Source: Azolla caroliniana
Lineage: Eukaryota > Plantae > Polypodiophyta
Length of the DNA: 64,000 nt
NCBI GenBank assembly: GCA_043228905.1
Contig: JBHGNT010000002.1
Coordinates: forward strand, 17,236,001 to 17,300,000
Direction of reading: 5' to 3'
The notes under the pieces are model-generated. The model was given only the letters and a program-made list of their open reading frames with translations, made no database searches and was not told where the DNA came from. This document shows, piece by piece, positions 56,600-64,000 of this stretch (position 1 is the first letter of the stretch; each line of letters starts with the position of its first letter). Both the position numbers and the translations under genes were made by a program.

Positions 56600-57820
56600 T
56601 TCAGACAACGCAATAGAGCTCTTGTTGTCGGAGCAGGATTGAACATGGATTGTGCAAGAGATTCAACATTTGGGGAAGAAGAGGACTATCATTGTGCATG
56701 TCTTGGGCCTTCATCCTACATGCATTGATCTTTGTTTACTGTTTCACGTTGCTTTGAAATAGGATATTGACAACATTATGGATGTACAGATACTCAACAG
56801 AAACTACTATCAACTAGAGTTCGAGCTGGAATACATGGTACCAATTTTGTTGGAAAAGAAAGTAATAGCAATCAAGGGAGGCTAGATCTCCTTTCACAAG
56901 TGGATTCAAAATTTCTATGCAAATTAGGTGCATCATGATTTTGATTCATATCAAACATGTGTGGTTGTTTTCCCTAATTTGCGTAAAGAATGGTTGCCTT
57001 CTGTGCATTTGATTGCTAGCACTATTGGTACGGTTTTAGAAATTTATGATAAGCCAAGCAGGATCAAAGCTAACTATCTTGGAGCTGCATCTGCTAAACT
57101 TTTGCTTTCTAAGTCCAGAGTTTTGCCCTCAAACTTCTTTTTGCCCAATTTATTTGACCCACTACAAGCACCCTATTCTCAGAAAATCTTTTATAGGGGC
57201 TTGTTTAATCAGTGCTTCCGTTGTTTTGGGTTTGTTCATTTGGCAAAATATTGCCTGAAATTTAATGATGACATTGACAAGCATATACCTAACACAACTA
57301 TAGTTCCATATAAGAATAGAGCTGATGGGGTTGGACCACAATGGAGCATAAGAAGACATCTCCACGTGTATCTCCCAATAAGCCTCAACAAATGCCAATT
57401 AACAATGTGCAAGAATTCCCTCCCTTGTAGAATATGTATAATGCCCTCCAAATAGAAGAGGAAAGTCACAAGAGGTGAATAAAGTGAATCATTCATCGTT
57501 CCATCTTCTTCAAGAGAGACTCAAGTCAGGTTCTTCCTCACAGAATATAGATCAACACTCTACTCAATTCGGTAAGTCCTTTCCAACGTTGGTGGTAGGA
57601 CAACCACCCTTGAAAATTGTGAAGAATTAGAAAATTTTGGTTGCGACAGCTAATTCAGATTCTTCCGATAAGATCAAAGGAAAAGTTTCCTCTTATATAC
57701 AAGATAATATGGACATGGCAATGCCTCAAGGTGTTATGGAAGTGGCTGAAAAGCAACAATTCAATGTCTTTGATAATTCGTTTTATTCCGATAAGTCCAA
57801 AGGACATTGTGTAGTACTAA
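56600..57820 (+). pseudogene. Degenerate LINE (L1-clade) ORF1 with CCHC knuckle
   Basis: FPNLRKEW...IGTVL...QKIFYRGLFNQCFRCFGFVHLAKYC, upstream of ORF2 remnants. Confidence 0.6.
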
Positions 57821-57821
57821 T

Positions 57822-59932
57822 GTAGAACAACTTGGGAGATTGAGTTCTACAGTGCCGATTCCGATAATCACACAGTGTTGTGCATTTCTGACTCGAATTG
57901 AGTCGAAATGTCGCGCTGAGTATTACCAAAATTGGGGTTGATGAGGGGTCACATGAAAGGATGCACCCGAATCCAAGAGCCATGTGCTCGATTCCTTAGT
58001 TGTAAGAAAAACTTCTGATTCGATTGGGTTTTCAATGGATAGAATGTTCGGGTCGTTTGACAATACTTCAGGTGAAGAGCCGACGTAGTTGACCTCCTCA
58101 TGTCGGCCACTCTTCTGATCAGCTCGTTGAGCCTTATCGTTTTTGGCCTTGAGTGCACGGTAATCGTCTTTGATGTGTCCGAGTTTCTTGCAATAATTGC
58201 AGACTCGATTATCCCAGGACTTGCTTCGACTTTGCTAGTTGTTCGACTACCGTGAAGAACCTCTTCCTCAGTTGTTCAATTGGTCGGTTAATCCTTGTAT
58301 TACGTAAGCGTCGTTGGCCGAATCGTTTGCAAACGATTTGCTTCGAGCTGTGTCAGTTAGAATTGCGCTCGTGATTGAGGAGTACTTAATGGCACCAATC
58401 AACGCATTGCACACAGTTGTAACAAAAGTTTCCCACGAAGGGGGGAGACTACTCATAAGCAACATTGCTCTTAATTCATCCTCGATTGTCGTCCCTGAGC
58501 CGCAATTTGGGAACATAAGCTTTCGTACTCATTCAGGTGTGCCTGGACCGAGTCGGATTCTTTCATTCAAAGATTATGAAGGCGTTGAATCAAATATATC
58601 TTGGTGGCGGCTACCTTCTTCTCATAAGTGTCCGACAATGTCTTCCATAGTTGAAAGGCAGTCAAACATGATTGCACCCTAAAGTACACAGACTCTGATA
58701 GGTGCATCCGAATGGTGGCTCGGATGATTCTTTTGAGCTTCTCCCACTCAAGCAGCTTGTATCCTTCTGGAGCATTTTCATTTTTGATGGAGTCAATTTT
58801 CCCCTTGACTATTAAATAGTGTTGCATTTGCTCCTTCCAGAAGTTGAAGTTTGATCTGTTGAACTTCCTTAGACTCATCTCTGACGAGCCGGATTTTGAT
58901 GCCATCTGTGTCGGCTTGATAGACTTTGTCTGGAGTCGACCACAAACAATGGTGGAGTGTGACCGACTGCCTCACTCGATATCGTTCTAGCCGAAAGTTG
59001 GACACAAGTCGAATCGGTTTCGACTATTTGGCAAATTCTGTCCGAAGTGACTACAGTCAATCGACTTAGTCGGATTGGACCCTAGTTTGCCGATTCGATT
59101 TTGAATGTCGATTTTCGAGATTTCCAAACATAGAGTATGTCCCGATTAACCAGGCTGATCCTGCTTCAGGGGACTATGACAATTAGAGGAACAGATTCAA
59201 CTAACCTTTCCAAATGTTGTCTAGCCGAATGAAGCACGGAAGGGGGTTGTTCCTGGAGCCCAAACCACTATGAGTGATTACGACGAGGGAGTGACTAGCG
59301 TCAGGCGACCTTTTCGATTGTTGTCTAATCCAATGTAGTACAGTTGAGGCAGAGCTTGTGAAGTGAAACTCACTCCGAGCGGCTACAATCACATGAGTGA
59401 AGTGCAACCGATTGACTCACTTCAATGGTGATTTAGAATAGTGGAGTGTAGATTTTGTTGGTGTTTCTCTTTGCGAAAACGATCTTGTAGAGAGTTGCCA
59501 ACCGAGATCTTCACATTGTACGAAAGAAGAGTTGTTGATGGAGACTAGATAGACGGCGATAGTAGAATCGAAAGAACCTCGTGCTCTGATACTAGATGTT
59601 GGAAACGTGGCCATCTAGTGCGGAACAAATTAGCACTCTTTTGAGTGAAGATCATAAACAGATACAAGCAAGGTAGATTGATGGCAACAAAAACATCAAC
59701 AGAAAACGAGATGCAACTAGAATGCAAGAGAGAGAGAAAGAGAGAGAGAGAGAGATGTTAGGCATAAGATGAACTGTATTTTAACAACCAAACAAAACTA
59801 GGTTACAAAGTCAGTTTATATACTGACTAACTTAGGGCAATTGCCCTTCTCACTATCTACATAAATTGCCTAAGCCTGGTGTGTACAAAAGAAGACAATG
59901 TGAATACATCCATTAGAGACCCACATTCAACA
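57822..59932 (-). mobile_element. K3: old G/J-related Copia 5' half (LTR 59597-59932, PBS 59583-59594, gag-PR pseudogene from 58905) sitting within the LINE
   Basis: MASKSGSSEMSLRKFNRSNFNFWKEQMQHYL, LMSSLPPSWETFVTTVCN, WLLDS; frameshifted. Confidence 0.85.
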
Positions 59933-62140
59933 AGCATCTCCTTCCTGTGCAGGGATAAGATTTGGAAGTATGGCCCCATTTTACCGGGACATTGGACTCA
60001 TTTTTGGGTTCCTGCCTTTGGTCCAAATGGCCGCTAGGCCAGATTGTGTATTGCTCTTAGATAGCACTTGTAGTCTATTATCTTGTCAGCAGGTACTATT
60101 ATGAATAAACAAGTGTAGTTTCTTATTGTTAAAATAGGGTCTCAAAAGGTTGGCCTAATGAATATCTACGCCCCTAACTCCGCATCAAAGAGGGCATGTT
60201 TGTGGCTGTCTCTTTTGGAATATGTGGGTTTAGCATATTGTTGGTTAGTGGGAGGCGATCTTAATATGATCGAGGATGCTTTCGATAGAGTCGGAAGTAC
60301 AACTACTACAATTTCAGGTTGGGAAGCTGAGTGTTGGGACTCCTTTTTCTTTGCCTTTGGTCTACTTGATTTATGGAAGGTGCATTCTTTCTCACGTATA
60401 CAAGGATCCCCGTAGTTTTCTAGATCAGATGGGAGTGTGGTTGGTGCTACTTTACCTCGGCTGGATAAATTTTTTACCGATAGTTTTTTTTGGGATGTGG
60501 GCGGTTTCCTTGGCATTATTCCACGATCATGATATCTGAGCATGACCCTCTGAAGTTAAATATTACATTTAATAAGAAGCGGTATTCTAAGTAGTTGTGT
60601 ATCCCTCCTTGTTATTTGATGATAGCCATCAAATGTCAATTATTCAGATATGTTCAAAATACAACTTGACGGATGATTGTTTGCTTCGTAATATGGTCAA
60701 TGCCATACTTGATACAAAGAATTTTTTCACAAACATAGTTTCAGCTTCGGTGTATCGTTGCAATCGTAATATGGTCAATGTCATACTTGATACAAAGAAT
60801 TTCTTCACAAACATAGTTTCAACTTCGGTACAGTATCGTTGCAATTCAGAAATTGCCAATTTGCGTCGTGCTCTCGCAGCATTACAAAAATTGTTGGAAA
60901 GGTGTTGCTCATTGGTCACAAAACCAAGATCAAGTCAATAAGGATTCTTCAATTAGTTTAAACGAAAATATACCCCTATCTCTATTACTTCCTTGAAACG
61001 GCTTGATGGATCATATACATCAAATGACTCTGAGATGCAAGGTATAGTTTTTGTCTACTACAAGTTTTAGAACAAATAGTCTTTATAAGAAACAAGTTAT
61101 ACTTGCAACTGTCCAGCAGAAGGTTACTGATGTAATGGCATCACATTTACTACAACCTTTTACATTTCAGGAGGTTTTTTCTGCAACTAAATCCTTGGGT
61201 AAGGACATTTGTCCAGGAAAAGATGGAATAGGAGTTGACTTCCACTTACATTATTGGGATTTTCCTGGCCCTATTCTCACTAGAGTGACTAATCTAATAT
61301 TCTCAACAGGGACTATGCCGGCAAAATGGACGGAATGAATCATATATATGATTCCTAAGTCAGATGCTTAGTGTGATGATGTCTCTAAGTGGCAGCCAAT
61401 AACATTGCTCAATGATGTTTATAAGATTGTGGAAAAAACTATTGCCATTAGATTACAATCTCTGTTGCCATCTATTATTCATGACACACAGTTTGGTTTT
61501 ATACAAGATAGAAGCATTTTTTATAATATCTTTTTGTTCTAGGAAATGGTTGCATTAGCTCAGCAAAATAAACAACATTTGGCAGTATTACTATTAGACT
61601 TTGAAAAAACCTATGACAAAGTAGAGTGGGATTTTCTTGAGGCAGTGTTGTCAAGATTAAGTTTTCCTAATGCATGGATAACTTGTGTTTCTGCCTTATA
61701 CAAGTAGGCCTCTAGCTCAGTTTTGTTTGCCAGAGGATATGGGCCAATATTTCCAATTTCCAAGTCGGTTAGGCAAGGATGTCCTCTTGTCCTTTTTCTC
61801 TTTATCTTGTTCGAGGAAGCTCTGTCCTCATACCTAAGATCTTCTTCAGCTTGTATAAAAGGTATAACATTACCTGTTGCACAGTCTACTATATTGGATG
61901 TTGAGTTTGCAGATGATACAACCCTCTATGTTGATGGGGAGATTGGTAATCTTGGTCAGGTACAAAATGCTTTGCAGAATTTCTCGGATGCCACATGTGC
62001 CTCACTTAATTAGAACAAGTCATAGGGCTATGGGTGGGTGAAGAACCTCATCCCACTTGATATCCAGGTCCTGCTTTCCGATGGCTTCACCAGGGTGAAC
62101 CTGTTCAGTATTTGGGATGCCTGGTTGGTATAACCTCGAA
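59933..62140 (+). pseudogene. Degenerate LINE ORF2 (APE endonuclease + RT)
   Basis: NIYAPN, GGDLN, RLDKFF, SEHDPL, CPGKDG, WQPITLLNDVYKI, LDFEKTYDKVEW, SVRQGCPL, EFADD; many stops; internal ~78-bp duplication at 60688-60845. Confidence 0.88.
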
Positions 62141-63189
62141 AGTAGATGTGATCCATCCATGTCTGGAAAACAACAACTACAGTAACTTTATGGGTATTAT
62201 GGAAATGTAGATGTAGTCGACTTTAAGATGCAACAAATCTTGGTCCTTCAGATGTACTGCTTGAGATATGGGAGACACTGCTGACAGTAGTCCGTGGGCA
62301 GTATGATAATATGTATGGTTCTCCAAAAAATGTTCATAAGAGAAGGATAAAGTTTCTTCACTTATGGAGGAAGTTGCCCCTCTTTGTAGTGTTAGATCAA
62401 GGGCCTGAATGGAACTATCGACTTCCATGGACCCTTTCTTGATTATCAATACATCATGGTAATGTACCATATCAAGTTTCAACACCCCTTTATAAGTTGT
62501 TTTTGTATGTACAGGTTTTGGTGTACATACAATGTCATTTATTCTATGTTGTAAGCCTTTGGGCAAATAGCTTTAACTTGTAGCCTTTAGACATTTTTAA
62601 TACAATTGACGAAAATCTTTAAAGGGAAAAAAAGGAAGATCGAGACTGATTAAGGATTGAATACGAAGGAATTCCCTCAAGGGGATACCAAGAAGAGGAT
62701 TGAGAGCCACTTGGAGGAGTCAAGGAGGAGACCCAAGCCATAGAAGTGCTTGGGACTACTTTGTGAGCTTGATGGGACCCCCATAAAATACAGGCCTAAC
62801 ACAAATGATCAAGTGATTTCTTTGTCGATGGTATATGATTCTCTCTCTTTTATTATTTATTTTATTTTATTAATGATGATTGGGCAAATACACCAATTGT
62901 CTCATGGGCCAATTTTTGGCCTTAGAAGACTTTAATATATCCTTCTTTCTCTCTTTCTTCTCTGTAAAATTTTGTACTTTGGGGTGTTAAGGGCATATTA
63001 TTAAATTTCCCAAAATAAGAAGAGGTAAGGAAAAAGACCTCTTCTAAAACCGAGAGAAGAAACCATATCTTCCATGTCATCCAAGAAACCCAAAAGCAGC
63101 GAGGAAAATCCCTACACTTTTTATGCACAATCTGCGTGAATTTATTGTTATAACTTATAACTTATACTTATCTCTCGATTTATATACAT

Positions 63190-64000
63190 ATGCCCTGCGT
63201 TGAGGATCTAGGTTTATATCTACTCAAGTACAGGTCAGAAAGGACACTGCATAGAGCTATGCTTCTTTATACCCACATGAGAGGAAACGGCTTAGATTCC
63301 CATCCACCCTTTGGCAATGGAATCCTTAGTATTTTTGTTGATCTTTGTACAAATGAAAGTATGAGCAATGCCCAACAAGTCTTTGATCTCCTGCTCTATA
63401 GAGACGGTTTCTCTTGGAATGCTCTCCTCTTAGGTTATATCAGAACAGGTCAGCATTCTACGGCCCTCTTCATATATGAGAAAATGCGAGAATCTGATCC
63501 ACTTCTTCTTGAAAAATCCTCTGTCCTTGCTTTGATTAAGGTATGTGCTCAACTTAAGAATCTTGAAAAAGGATGCCAAATTCATGATGAAAATTTGAAC
63601 AAATTCTTGGTTGGTAGTTCTTCTTTATTATGTGATTGCTTGATCCATATGTATTTGAGATGTAGGTCTGTAACCAAAGCTCAAGAGATGTTCGATACGT
63701 ATCCCATCCAAAATGTGGTCCTTTGGACCACATTGATGACATGCTATGTGGAATATGGACAAGGAGATAAAGCACTAACATGTTTCGAGCAAATGATACA
63801 TATGGGTATCTCACCGGATATAATTACATATCTTTGTGTTTTAAAAGCATGTGGTAGCATTCAGTCACTTACCCACGGAGAAGGAATATACGCTCAAATC
63901 ATCGTTAAAGGGTTTGAATCTGATCTTGCTGTTGGAAGTACCTTGATTGATATGTATGTGAAATGTGGCTTGATAGAAATAGCAAGAGTGGTGTTGATTC
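63190..64000 (+). CDS. PLS-class pentatricopeptide repeat protein, 5' part, running off the window (absent from the ORF track because no stop lies in the window)
   Basis: Open frame MPCVEDLG...AQQVFDLLLYRDGFSWNALLLGY...AQEMFDTYPIQNVVLWTTLMTCYVEYGQGDKALTCFEQM...PDIITYLCVLKACG...GFESDLAVGSTLIDMYVKCG. Confidence 0.85.
   Translation, partial: MPCVEDLGLYLLKYRSERTLHRAMLLYTHMRGNGLDSHPPFGNGILSIFVDLCTNESMSNAQQVFDLLLYRDGFSWNALLLGYIRTGQHSTALFIYEKMRESDPLLLEKSSVLALIKVCAQLKNLEKGCQIHDENLNKFLVGSSSLLCDCLIHMYLRCRSVTKAQEMFDTYPIQNVVLWTTLMTCYVEYGQGDKALTCFEQMIHMGISPDIITYLCVLKACGSIQSLTHGEGIYAQIIVKGFESDLAVGSTLIDMYVKCGLIEIARVVLI

Overview
Eukaryotic land-plant DNA, most likely a seed-free plant such as a fern. This is inferred from the mix of Tcn1-, Phygy-, Tork- and OTA-like LTR families plus a PLS-class PPR gene. 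About 62 kb is one nested retrotransposon stack, which I resolved using LTR pairs, PBS/PPT motifs and target-site duplications (TSDs). It contains: a decayed DNA-transposase-like fragment; two Gag-only tRNA-Trp-primed elements (A truncated; B complete with apparently identical LTRs); a Tcn1-like chromovirus; a tRNA-Met-primed chromovirus (F); two intact sister Tork-like Copia elements in opposite orientation (G, J); several deleted Copia remnants and a solo LTR; a non-autonomous Athila/OTA-like element (I); a compact intact Ty3 element with an extra archaeal-type RNase H (L); and a degenerate L1 LINE. A host PPR ORF runs off the right edge. Most notable observations: (1) tRNA-length Pol III A/B-box cassettes lying antisense in the U3 of two unrelated LTR families; (2) a second aspartic protease in frame after the integrase of element I, visible only once a nested insertion is removed, plus a further orphan ORF; (3) a young Gag-only element with a basic 8-aa repeat; (4) a heat-shock-element array, self-priming signal and -1 frameshift signal in the Tcn1 element; (5) an aberrant 31-bp target duplication with filler DNA. 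Family names come from motif recognition by eye, not from database searches.
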